From assembly GCA_052426225.1 (NCBI GenBank), contig JBNJNM010000011.1:1798001-1862000 (forward strand): DNA of 64,000 nucleotides. Reading direction: 5' to 3'. Positions 1 through 11,800 of this stretch are shown one piece after another (within the stretch, counting starts at the first letter, position 1; every line of letters begins with the position of its first letter). This DNA is from Zancudomyces culisetae HAW-14-8 (lineage: Eukaryota > Fungi > Kickxellomycota). The notes beneath the pieces were generated by a model, which saw only the letters and a list, made by a program, of their open reading frames with translations, did not search any database and was not told the origin of the DNA. Made by a program: the position numbers and the translations under genes.

Positions 1-630
1 TATATAAGAAGCCTGTATTTGCGCAAATGTACTTTATTTTGCGATACATCAATTAACATAACTCTCCTTGCTTATACAAAAAAAAACGAACTAATAATAT
101 GTATATACTCATTGGTCAAAGCTAAAGACGAATCGAAGATAAAATATCTGATACATACTTTCGCTCAACTAGTGGATCATAGAAACATGTGCGGGGGGTT
201 GTAATTTGTGTTCATATTGTAAATACCAATAAAGTGAGATTATTTTAGTAGATGGTACACGTATGTCTAAGCAATTGTGTGTAGTGTTAATAGTAAACCA
301 ATACATCCTCTTGAGAATGAACAGACCAACAACCTGCGAAAAAGGATAATTAAAAAAACCAGAATAGAGGATAAACATGTGTATTTGAGAACTATCAGTA
401 ACTGTCTAGCAGTTCATTATCTTTCTTTTTAAACGTTTTTATATTCACGTATAATAATAATTATCGCAGAGTTAGTATATACTAATAAAGTGAACAACAG
501 TATATTATCAAAGTCGAAGCCTACATCATGAGCGATAATAGTAGAAACGTCAAGGAAAGATAATAAATAGAAAAAAACTGACCAATTTATAGAAAACAAA
601 AAGGAAAGAAAGGGATATAATGTACAAAGT

Positions 631-1611
631 ATGGAATCAAGGGATCGAACTATTACTGCAAGGGTGCTCTGGTCAACATACTTATCGATAGTATTAAGTA
701 TTTGCCTAGCCACGGTTGGTTGGTATCTACTTTTGCTTCTAATAGATAGAAAACCAGTAAATAGAATAATAATTAGACAAGTAATCATAATACAAGTAGC
801 AGGTATTACCAGGCTAACAGCATATTTGATTTTACTGAATCTAAGTGGAGATTCGAACTTTTGTAGAGATTTGAAAATCATATTTGGGTATTTTTCTACA
901 CTTCAAGTGTTCATTGAGATAACGCTTGTATTCCACTTGTTGTTGGTATTTAAGTATCATAAGAAAAAAGTAAACCGACTTGAAATAGTATACTATATAA
1001 TTTCACCCATACTGGCCGGTCTATCGATTTTGCAATTTCTGATACCTGGAAAAGAAACTACAAAGTTGCTAAAAGTATGCGGCTATCTCTACCTATCAGT
1101 AGGCACTGGGTTTGAAACAATTGTAATTTCGTATTACCTCACGGATATAATTGGGGGTATTTTGTCTATCATATTTTTAATAATGTTGTTTGTTAACATC
1201 GCAAAGCGGCATACTCCACCAGTTGCCAGGACGGAAGGGCGATTCACGCTGGGTTCACAGCTCTCAGAACTCAACCACAGATACAATAACTCGGTTATTC
1301 GGCGTCTATTCTTTAGGCTTCTATGGTATCCAATACTTCCTGTCACAGCGTTGGTGATTGCTGGGATATGTGCAATTATTGAAGCCGCAGGAAGTAAAGT
1401 ACCGGATGTTGTATATACGCTTCAGCTTGTACTATCGTCACTGGGAGAGGTCGGACTTGCGTATTTTTTTTTTACAGATCCGATTATTAAACGAACCCTG
1501 CGGGATGATAGAGAGTGGTATAACCTGAAGAGTTGGGTATTCGAGACTTTCTATAAACGTGAAAATGAAGTTAGAGCTGATCAGCTCTCAGAAAACCCGT
1601 ACAACGAATAG
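631..1611 (+). CDS. 7-TM G-protein-coupled receptor, cAMP-receptor-like/Git3-like class
   Basis: 326-aa intronless ORF with about 7 hydrophobic segments. Cys before TM3 (NFC) and in ECL2 (KVCG), TM6 motif RLLWYP, and TM7 FFTDP (NPxxY-like) are typical of fungal CRL-type GPCRs. Confidence 0.7.
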   Translation: MESRDRTITARVLWSTYLSIVLSICLATVGWYLLLLLIDRKPVNRIIIRQVIIIQVAGITRLTAYLILLNLSGDSNFCRDLKIIFGYFSTLQVFIEITLVFHLLLVFKYHKKKVNRLEIVYYIISPILAGLSILQFLIPGKETTKLLKVCGYLYLSVGTGFETIVISYYLTDIIGGILSIIFLIMLFVNIAKRHTPPVARTEGRFTLGSQLSELNHRYNNSVIRRLFFRLLWYPILPVTALVIAGICAIIEAAGSKVPDVVYTLQLVLSSLGEVGLAYFFFTDPIIKRTLRDDREWYNLKSWVFETFYKRENEVRADQLSENPYNE

Positions 1612-1791
1612 ATTTCTTTTATTTTAATGAATTGTATACTCATATATAGACTTTTCCATTTTTTGCTCTCAGGTTACATACCATATGTATTATTATAGAT
1701 TATATCAAAGCTGTATTATATAGTTATAAAAACAAAACTTGCTTATAAATTGGATAAAAACATCACAATTCATTGCGTTAAATGCTGCACA

Positions 1792-2850
1792 TTATCATTT
1801 TTGGATGGAAGAGTACAGACCAGATAGTCAAAATGGTACGCGTGGGTGAACGGTCTGCTAGATTGATAGAGTTAGGTGATGATTTCATTTGAATGAATAT
1901 TAAACAAGATTTGGTCAAAAATATTCCATCTCAAAGATAGAGTGTTAAAGAGCCAACCGCATTTAGGTACAGTGGAATAGAGATGTTACATGATAAAACA
2001 TATCGATATAACGAATAAAAGAGTCAACTCTGGTCATCGCTCTTTTCATAATTAGTGATAACTACAATGTCCGTATTGGAAGGTTGGAGTTGATTGATCC
2101 GAGGAGTTTCGGGTAATGAGGGTAAGCGAGTGGCAACTGTGGTGCAAATAATAATAGCGGGTTCCAAACTTATTATGCTTGATGAACCAACACTGAGACT
2201 TGGTTCAAATTCACTAGAAAGTGTGATGAAGTGGCTGGGGGTTTGCAGAGTTTGCCACCTTGTTTCAAAGACCACAAAATAAATAAGCAAAGGATAAAAG
2301 GTTTCTGATTGCTGAAGTTATGTGAGTAGTACTACCAACACCACGCATTGTATTTACACCACTCAACCAAGAAGCAGAGCTTGTGGCAGCACGAGACAAA
2401 ATTGGATTTTTTTTCCTGGTATCCACAAACTTGTTATTTTTAGATTGCGACATCTATGCTAGCGATTTTGATTCGGGAAGGGAATGCCATACCGCAGGAA
2501 GAGAACCGATAGTACCTATTGCGTGCGTGCATTTTTCTCTCTCAATAATGAACGCAAAGCCAACAATATCACTGGAGTATAATCTTTGGTCAAGTTCCAG
2601 CACGACGTTGCAAGTATTTCATCTGCTTAGATGTTTAGATGGCCATTGTGCTATTCTTGTTTATGATTTTTGCAGCAATTTAGACCATTGGGCTAACAGT
2701 TCAGGTGGTATCCATGCTTGGGTTCACGCCTTCTTGAAACTTTTAATTTGACTGGATATGCTGTAAATCTGGATTTGATTACAAAGGCGTTATTTCGACT
2801 AAAATATACTAGCTACATGCATTGTACTTGTGTTGTGTAATGAGTTTGCT
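1792..2850 (+). pseudogene. Decayed ABCG (White-like) half-transporter remnant
   Basis: Colinear fragments in shifting frames with stops: LDGRVQTR*SKWYAWVNG (~1801; intact copy has SGRIT..WVNG), IRGVSGNEGKRV (ABC signature) and IMLDEPT (Walker B) in ORF 2094-2282, RKRTDSTYCVRAFFS (~2496; cf. REH..Y....YFFAK), TGYAVNLDLITKALFRLKYTSY (2751) and VLCNEF (~2830; cf. GGLLVN..W.QWIS..INQF). Confidence 0.75.
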
Positions 2851-3708
2851 CAAGGAACGTAAGGTTGTGCAATACGTTATGTAACCAAAATAACATCTAC
2901 ACAATTGTAGTAATGTTGACTTAGATGACACATTTACTTACCTTAGCTTTATAATTAACATAAATAAGTTTCACTATATTTAACCAGTAAATGCGTTTCG
3001 AGAAAACGCAGTTTTAATTTAAACTAAGTTTTATATATTATCGATAGATCGATAGCTAAGTTAGTGTCTATTTTTACAATAAATCGTATTTTATAGAAAT
3101 AGAGCCATATAGACAGTTTAATAAATTCCGATTATTTGACACAACGCTTGTACAGTAGGCATCTAAAGCGAGTTTATTGCGTGAGCCTTTTTGGTAGCAG
3201 TATGCATAGCGTTTAACTTCAAAATCAAGCCCGAATATGTTTGGGTTTAGCCTTGCTAGATTCATTGATTTTTACCGGTTCTAGATACTCCTACTGCGTT
3301 TCCAGAGAGTATAATGGAACTAAAAGTAGTTTATCCTATATTCTAATATGCGGTATAAACCATAAACTACAAATTTATGTCGCAAGAGCTTGATATAACC
3401 CCAACGCTTTTGCTAAAAAGACAATTATTAGGAATAAGTCTTTTTTTTTTTTTGCATTTCTGCGATTATTGAATTGTCATGTATTTCTGTAACACTTTGA
3501 ATCACATTCAAATAAATTGGGTCAGATCCCGTTGATGTAAATATGGGCGGACCTATTTAAGTGTTAAAACTCAAGATCCGCAGTTTCTGTCACCCAAAAG
3601 CTTTTCCGAAAACACCACACCGTATATATACTTTGCCATAGTCTGGACTTGTAGTTATAAAGTATCCTATATTTTTTTATTCACGGAATCTGTCACAGTA
3701 ATCTCAAA

Positions 3709-5231
3709 ATGTTCGGCGAAAACCATCTTTCCAAAATAGCAAAAGAGAATATATCCGCATCTTACCCAGCGCTAGATGAAATTCTCAAAGTGACTGCTAA
3801 TCCTTACGATGAAGTAAAAAACAAAGATGGGATCTTAAACCTAGGAATGGCCGTAAATAAATTGAATGACGAGGAAATTCTAGAAACGTTAAACAAGCTA
3901 GTCAAAATTGAAAATCATGTAACGTATTCTCCCTCATATTACTCCTTATATTCTCTCGTATACCCTCCGTCTATTTCCCTTTTCTTATTTGTTTAGAAAG
4001 TACTATGCTCTTTGGCTTTAAATTTCAAGTGAAAAAGAAGGATATAGTGACATTAACATGTTTTTATAACCAATAGGATCTCGACTATGGTGTGGCACAT
4101 GGTTCAGTCCCCCTGAGAGAAGCTGTTTCTGGCTTGTTTAACAAGTATTTTGCGCCTCGCCATGACATTGTTCCGGATGATATAGTTGTAACCAACGGCT
4201 GTACAGCTGCTCTTGATCTGTTAGCAGCTACTATATGCGACCCTGGTGATGCAGTGCTTATCCCTGCGCCTTACTATTCGCAGTTTGAGACTGATCTATA
4301 TCTGAAGCCCCGTGCTCAGGCACATTCCGTTCATGTACCTGTTGATGAACTGGAGAGTGAGGACCAAGTCAAGTATTTTGAAGCAAAAGTAGCAGAGTTA
4401 AAGGGTAATGATGGGATTGCACCTAAAATGATGATTGTATGCAATCCACACAATCCGCTTGGGAGATGCTACCCTGCGAAGGTCATCGAGGCTTTGCTGA
4501 GGTTTGCAAACCGCCATAACATCTATGTTATCATGGATGAAATATATGCGCTGTCAGTTTATAGAACACCAGAGGATGTGGCTGAGAGTGAAAGCGCTAG
4601 TGCTGACGTAGTTCATCCATTCAAATCGGTATTATCCTTTGAAAATTTGAACGAAATCATAGACCCATCTTTGGTTGTTGTCCTTCACGGGTTGAGCAAA
4701 GATTTCTGTATGAACGGGTTGCGAATGGGGTGGATCGTGTCGCCGTTTAATAAAAATCTAGTTTCAGCTGCCAAAGCTCTCAGCGAGACGTACTACATGT
4801 CTAGCATTGCCGACTCGTTAGTCACGAGCTTTTTATCCGATACTGACTCTATTGACAAATTTATTAGCACGAATAAACTGAGATTAAAAGAGAACTACAA
4901 CAAGATCACAGGATACCTGAAGCAACATGAGATACCATATGTACCTGCTTATGCTGGTGTATTCGTCTGGGTCGATCTGCGCAAGTATTTAATGGAGTGG
5001 AGAAATAAGAACCTCCTACCAGGCCAAGCACAGATCACATCCACTGATCAATTGACGTTTGATGACGAGTTTAGAATGTGGGCAGACACCATAGATAAAG
5101 GCAAAATATATATTACATCGGGCCAATCGTTTAAATCAGACGAGCCAGGATGGTTTAGATTAATATTTGCTATCCCCTGGGACACATTGAAGACAGGACT
5201 TGACAGGCTGTTGGAATTCATATCAAAGTAG
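3709..5231 (+). CDS. PLP-dependent class I/II aminotransferase, ACC-synthase-like; exons 3709-3918, 4077-5231
   Basis: Motifs GILNLGMAVNKL, NPHNPLG, MDEIYALS, GLSKDF (PLP lysine) and EPGWFRLIFA. Intron 3919-4076 (GTAACG...AATAG) joins the two ORFs in frame. Confidence 0.88.
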
Positions 5232-6717
5232 TTTGGCCTTGCAGCACCCAATCCTTCTTTTCTTTTTGTTTTTTTCTATCCATATAAATAAATTGGTAAA
5301 AAATTGTTGTGATTTGCTTTGGCTGTATCATTAGGTTTAATGGAACTATGCTAAAGCAATCTGATTAGCGTAGGTGAAGCAGCAAACAAAATCCCTATGA
5401 TAATCGCTTTTCAGCTTTCCCGGCTAATTCTTGGTTCTTATTTGCTTATTTTACTGGAACACCAGCTGGTTTTAATATGACTCATTGTTCATTTTTTGAT
5501 TTAGGCCAAGTCTACATCCTGTAGGAAAATAAAAATGATTGGTGGGTTCTGATTGAGCCAAACCAATTTTTGCATGGATTTAGAATGTTGGGCCATCTAA
5601 AGTGCTAGTAGATAACTGGTTTTCGCCATATTTTTTGCGGTTTTGTTGACGAGGATGTACTTGGATAGTGCATCTGCTTTTTATTTAGTGAGATATTAAT
5701 AGTAATAATAATAGTAAGAGCGCGATATGCCTATAATTACTATTCGGACTTTAAACTCAAAATTACATATAAATGCAACAATCAAAATGGTGTGTGTATA
5801 GTTGCACATGCAACGTTCTACTGAGCAATAACCATTGGTCCAGTATTACACATGACTCATGACTGTTCGCTTTATACTTATGGTGTAGACTTTGAACTAA
5901 ATCTACCTATTTGTAGAAGGCTGGTTATCAATTAGTTCGCTGACACACCACTTGATTCAATAGAAATGTATAAATTTGTTAACCAAGCTAAAGACATTTG
6001 TGTTTACATGGTTCACCCATACAATCCTGTAAAAAAAAACCAGACTTCAGAATTTAAACACCAGGATCTGCCATGCAAATAGATAGGTAAATGGAATTTT
6101 ATACCAGACTGGCAAATCGACTTTACAACTATTCTGCTCCGAACGATAGCCGTGCCCCCAAATGACATTAATTCAGCACATTGCTTGGCCAATTCCGTAA
6201 ACATGTTTTACTGGTAATTGGTGGAAATTATTTTCTGTAAAAACACTTGTGTTCTTACCAAAGTTAATATTGTTAATCTAAATATAATTAATAAATTGAT
6301 TTTTCTGGAGCTTATCAAAAATACATTAATTGTAAAAAAAAATACAATTAATTTAATGAGTAAAAAAAATACAAGAAAAAGCAAAATAAACTATCATGAT
6401 TGTAGAGTTCCAGCTCTTTTATTTGCTGGGTTGCCTAAAACAAATAGTCGTACGTTTCTATATACAAAGCAATGGACATAGCTTTGTTTATGTATAAAAC
6501 ACCAAATCGTGTTTTGAATGCACTTTATTTCCTTATCTTCAATATTGGATACAAGATATTGTTTATTAAAATAATTTATTACACTAGCTAGACCACTTTG
6601 AATACTATATAACTATTTCAGAAAACCCAAAGCCCAAAAACTCTCTTTAAAAAAAACGCACAATCCTCCTATTCTTGATAAAAAAAAGTTGTTAATATAT
6701 CTTTAAGTATCCATATA

Positions 6718-8733
6718 ATGGCAGAAACGCATGTAGATAAAGCCTTTGAAGAGGCAAAGGATGTGGTGATAAATGTGGAGAGCGGCGAAAACACGCGGCC
6801 AAGGTTCAGTCTTGAAAAGTCAACGCCAATAGGCATAACATTTGAAAACCTTAGCTACAAAGTCTCTGTGGTTGATAAACAAAAATCTGGAACAGGGCTT
6901 AAATCTCCGTTTTCTAAAGTACGTCGCACAGAAAAGACGATATTGAACGGTGTGACAGGCGCTTTTAGGCCTGGGAGGGTTACAGCGATAATGGGACCTA
7001 GTGGAGGGGGAAAAACCAGTCTGCTGAATGCAATGTCTGGAAGAATAACATCAGGAAAGGTAACTGGTAACATCTGGGTCAATGGAAGAAGCGCGGACAA
7101 TGGCGCATTGAAATTTGTCTGTAGATACATTAGTCAGGACGACGTAATGCTTCCCACTCAGATGGTCAAGGAACAAATTGACATGTCGATAAAGCTGAGG
7201 ATAGATAACGTCTCAGACAAGGAAGTTGAGGAGCGCAGGATGAAGGCGGTTGAGACATTGGAGCTTGAAAGGTGTATGAATACACTTATTGGTGACTCTA
7301 TGAACAAAGGGATAAGTGGGGGAGAGGCAAAGAGAACAGCAGTAGCAAACGAGATATCAACAGACTCGTCAGTATTGTTTTTGGATGAGCCTACTTCCGG
7401 GCTGGATATATATACGTCCATGGTGGTTGTTAAAATGCTCAAAGAACTGTGTAAGAGAGGGCAAACAGTTGTTTTGGTGGTACATCAACCATCATCAGAC
7501 ATGTTTAGAATGTTTGATGACGTAGTACTCTTGAGCGAAGGAAGTATAGTGTACTTTGGGCCACAGGCCGAGATGGTAGACTATTTTGCAAAGCTAAACT
7601 TTGTCTGTCCTCAATACACAAACCCAGCAGATTATGTCTTTACGGATGTCATTAACATCTACAAAACTGATGCAGTAGACGAAGCCATGGATCGAGATGA
7701 AAATAAAAACCAAAAGAAAAGCAATCTAGAATTTGTCAAAAAAAGCTATCTGGAATCTGAACTGTACCAGCGACAGGTGTCATATGTTGAACATCCGGAG
7801 CTCACACCATTATCAGCAAAAAATCTGGTTAAAAATGTGTCGAGATTCCAACAATTCAAAATTCTGGCACGCAGGTCGGGAAAGAATATGTTTAGAAATA
7901 AACTGATGGTCAGAGTCAGGATAATCCAGGCAATAGTTTTTGGTCTCATTGTGGGAATCCTTTTCTATGACTCGTCAGATAATGCACCCCAAGTGCAACT
8001 CCAGAATTTTACAGGCGCATTGTTCTTTTCGAGTATGACCCAATTCATTCCTGTAGCAGTGAACGTACTATCAACATTTACTGCCGAGCGACAAGTATTT
8101 ATCAGAGAACACAGCAACAGGGCATACTTCGTTACTCCATACTTTTTTGCCAAGCTTCTCGTTGAGTTTCCGCTGCAGGTCGTATCGCCCGTCATTTTCG
8201 CCACTATTTCGTTTTTCATGGTTGGATACACAAGAACAGTTGAACAATTCTTTATCTATCTTTTGACTTGTTTGCTTATGTCGCTGACTGGTTTCTCAAT
8301 GGGCTTCTTTATCTCTACCATATTTGCTGATATAAGCACTGCCTTGTCGGTATTGCCCATGATGATCATCGTTCCTGTAGTTTTCGGAGGTCTTCTTGTC
8401 AACTCTAATAGTATGTTCCCGTGGGTTGCATGGTTGCAATGGATAAGTCCGATTAAGTACGCATTCTCAGCCTTTTGTATCAACCAATTCACTGATTATA
8501 CATATAACGGCGAACCAATTGGAAATAACCAGCTTAAAAACTTGTCTTTGGGACCCTTCGGGATCGCAGCCAACCTTGGATTTTTGGCAGGCTTTTACCT
8601 CCTTTTTACCTTTTTAGGTTACACTGGGCTTCACAGACTGGTAAGGAGGGCGGGATCTGGCGTGTCGCTTATCGCTGAGAGGAAAATTTACAAACGTTTG
8701 TTGGGTGGCCCTGACCCAAGATTTGCTTCTTAA
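6718..8733 (+). CDS. ABCG-family half transporter (White/ADP1-like)
   Basis: Walker A GPSGGGKTS, signature ISGGEAKR, Walker B LFLDEPTSGLD, H-loop HQP, CPQYTNPADY, and a C-terminal ABC2 membrane domain. Confidence 0.95.
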   Translation: MAETHVDKAFEEAKDVVINVESGENTRPRFSLEKSTPIGITFENLSYKVSVVDKQKSGTGLKSPFSKVRRTEKTILNGVTGAFRPGRVTAIMGPSGGGKTSLLNAMSGRITSGKVTGNIWVNGRSADNGALKFVCRYISQDDVMLPTQMVKEQIDMSIKLRIDNVSDKEVEERRMKAVETLELERCMNTLIGDSMNKGISGGEAKRTAVANEISTDSSVLFLDEPTSGLDIYTSMVVVKMLKELCKRGQTVVLVVHQPSSDMFRMFDDVVLLSEGSIVYFGPQAEMVDYFAKLNFVCPQYTNPADYVFTDVINIYKTDAVDEAMDRDENKNQKKSNLEFVKKSYLESELYQRQVSYVEHPELTPLSAKNLVKNVSRFQQFKILARRSGKNMFRNKLMVRVRIIQAIVFGLIVGILFYDSSDNAPQVQLQNFTGALFFSSMTQFIPVAVNVLSTFTAERQVFIREHSNRAYFVTPYFFAKLLVEFPLQVVSPVIFATISFFMVGYTRTVEQFFIYLLTCLLMSLTGFSMGFFISTIFADISTALSVLPMMIIVPVVFGGLLVNSNSMFPWVAWLQWISPIKYAFSAFCINQFTDYTYNGEPIGNNQLKNLSLGPFGIAANLGFLAGFYLLFTFLGYTGLHRLVRRAGSGVSLIAERKIYKRLLGGPDPRFAS

Positions 8734-8885
8734 AAGATTCGCACTGTTTATACTTCTCTTTTTTCTTTTACTGATGATATTGATAAACAATAACCCAATC
8801 TAGTTATGAAATAACAATTTATTTGTTTATATTTTTTAATTTAAAAAAAACAACTTGGTAATTAGGCTAATATAATATTATGTGA

Positions 8886-11800
8886 TTAATGCAAGATCTC
8901 GTCCATAGTTCTGATTACCATCTCAAAGTTGTAAAACCTGGAGACACTATACACTAATTCAATCAAGTCATGGATATTTCCATGGCTGTCAATTTTCCAG
9001 AATTTACCACCATTGACTCCTCCAGAAGCACCACCACCTCCGCCATAACCGTTGTTACTACCAGCCCTGTTGCTACGATCTTGGCTATTGTCATTGTTGC
9101 ATTCTTTGCAGCTCATGTTCAAGTGGTCGTTTTTAGCCAGTTTACAGTTTCCACAAATCAAATCCTTGTTTTGATAACTCAAAATCTGTTTCATTATCAT
9201 CTCAATGAGAATTTCCTGGATTTCAATTTCGTTATATCCACCAACTTTATTACATCCTAAACATTTGATTTTAACACCACCGCTACCTCCACCACCTGGT
9301 AGTTCTGATGTTGTGGCTGTGGCTACCATTGCCGCGGACGTTCCCAACCCTTTTGCTATCGACGACGGGTTGTTCACCGTTGCCTGTTCAGTTATGATTG
9401 AGGCATCCGTCGTCAAGTTCAAATCAAAAGACTGTTTACAGTTGTGGCAACGAATCTGTTTTACTACCAATCTATGATTTTTACCTGTTTTCTTGTTACT
9501 CATTGCACTTCCATTATGTGCGTTACTATTGTTCTCTGCAAACGTGTTTGTTTTTGATGAAATTCTAAAATCATCGATGAATGTCTCGCTTGAAAATTCT
9601 CCTATTTTAATCAATTTCAACAGGTTCCTTCTTACAACCCGCGAATTGAATGCATAGTTGTAAATGATATCATACTCATCCAAACGACCACCACCACTTC
9701 CTCCTGTCTTTTTACTCTGTCTTGCTTCATGTTCTCCAAGGACTTTAAGTATAGATTCGTAGTTTCCACCCACTGTGAATGTTGTCGAGGCGTTGCATGC
9801 CTCTTCATACGCATAAATTATCATTAGTCGCTTAATATATTCAAGTGCCACCACCACATTTCTCCCCCGATTCGATGTTTTTTCCACGGTTGTCGCCGTT
9901 GCCATTTCCTTTATGCCATTTCCAGTGTTACCATTTTTGTTGTTGGAGCTGTTTTCTGTACCACCTTGTACTAGCGGCTGTCTGATTATTCCTGGTAGTT
10001 TTGGAAATGTAGTGAATTGATCATTGGAATTCACGCTATAATCTTCCAATATCATTGTAATATACTCCATCAACTTCCGAGAGTATTCCTGACCAATCAA
10101 ATATCTGTAAAACTCGTCATTGTTGCGATACCGCTTTGACGAAGTCCGGTCTTTGCTCGAGTCTTGTGTCTTACTATTCACTTCTATAGGGAATGAAGAT
10201 ATAGACGACGAAGAATCATCAAATAGCGCTTCCCCTGGATGACTATGTGCAACAAAATTGGCTTCATTTTGATCGTTATTGCTGTCTTTTCCACCATCGT
10301 AACTGGTGCTTCTGTACCTGTGTTTGGAATTCATGGTTGCTGCATTGCTTTTGTGGAATTGGTAACACTCATAAATAAACTCTGCCACCATCTTTTCAAA
10401 GTGTTCCTGAACTCCAACCGGTAAACTATCCTTTAGACTCCATACCATTTCAATTTGCTCAACGGTTCTATCCTGAGAATCCATAAACCCATCTTTGTTA
10501 ATATTTTGCATTGCACCTCCCACTGTTATTCCTCCAAAGTTACTTTCATCCAACCATATTAGCTGCCCCCAAACTGTCTTCAATTCTATACTCAGGTTTG
10601 CTAAAATAGGTTTTTCGACAATACCTTGAAGCAAATACTTAGTAAAAGCCAACACTCCACCAAAATTCGCCATCTTGTTAGTTCTTAAAACTAGTTTATC
10701 CCTGCTCGCAAATAAAACCATTGTCCCAAGCTTTTGTACCTCGTTTATCAACCCCCAAAACACCTTTTTTTCAAATTGCTGGAATACTTGCAGCGTAAAC
10801 ACCGGATCATAAAGTTTGGACTGGGGCTGTGTCAGCCATCGCGCAAAACTATTTTCAAGCATTTGATGATACTCTTTTGTTTTTTTGCTTACTCCCTGTG
10901 ATCGTGCCTTGTTTATTATTTCTCTTAGCATCTGCCGCATCACTGTAAGTGTGGAGCTAGGAAGTGTTGTGCCGCTTGTTACATGCGAATGTCTCTCATC
11001 GCTCACTAAAACCTTTTCACTACCATCACCATCTTCGCTATCATCATTACTATCGTTATCATTCATACCCTCAACTTCGGGCTCGGTCTCAACTTTAATT
11101 TCTCCGCCTCTCTTTCCCACTTTCTTTCGGATTTTTTGGTTTCCGCCATCCTCGCCAAATGGTACGACACCATTACTCTCTAGCTCATTGACAATAACGC
11201 CTGACTGTAAAATTGCATTAATAGTCATGTTGCGGATCTCCAACTCAATACACATTGTCTGGTGACTTCCAGGGTTGTTTAGCACCAAACCATTATTTAT
11301 CCCAGCCACATCACATTCAGTCAACCCATTAAACATTGAAAACAGCCCAACATCATCCGCTTCTCTTCCTCCAAGATCTGGTTTGTTACTATGTGACCAC
11401 CACAGCACATGATTGTTCGACACAAGTTCTCGTGCGTAACTCACATCTCCAATCATCATTGCAGGATCATGAGCCGTTATATTTGCTACTGGAATATCAC
11501 TGTGTTCTGCATAGCTCATTCGCTCGTGGATGTACTCGCTAGTTTCCAAAAACTTGTCTACAAATGTCCGTGCCGAGTTTTTTTGACTGTTGAATATATC
11601 TTCGCTCAGCTTTTGGTCTTTGATTGGCAATGAAACCTCCAAGCTCGGAACATTCTCCAAGATGCGAACGCCTTTTAGCAGTTCGTTAAACTGGTCTTTA
11701 CCGCCGTACTGTGCAACCATGGTATGCTTTACTTGTTGCTGGTTCAGTAGCTTTACCAAGATGGCCTGCAGCGCGGTGTGAGCCTTGTGAAAAGTCGAGC

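Noticed and set aside
5580-5665. Minus-strand KADALSK, resembling the LTR-retrotransposon RNase H motif ADALSR
   Set aside because: Isolated 7-mer with no RT/integrase motifs or LTRs nearby.
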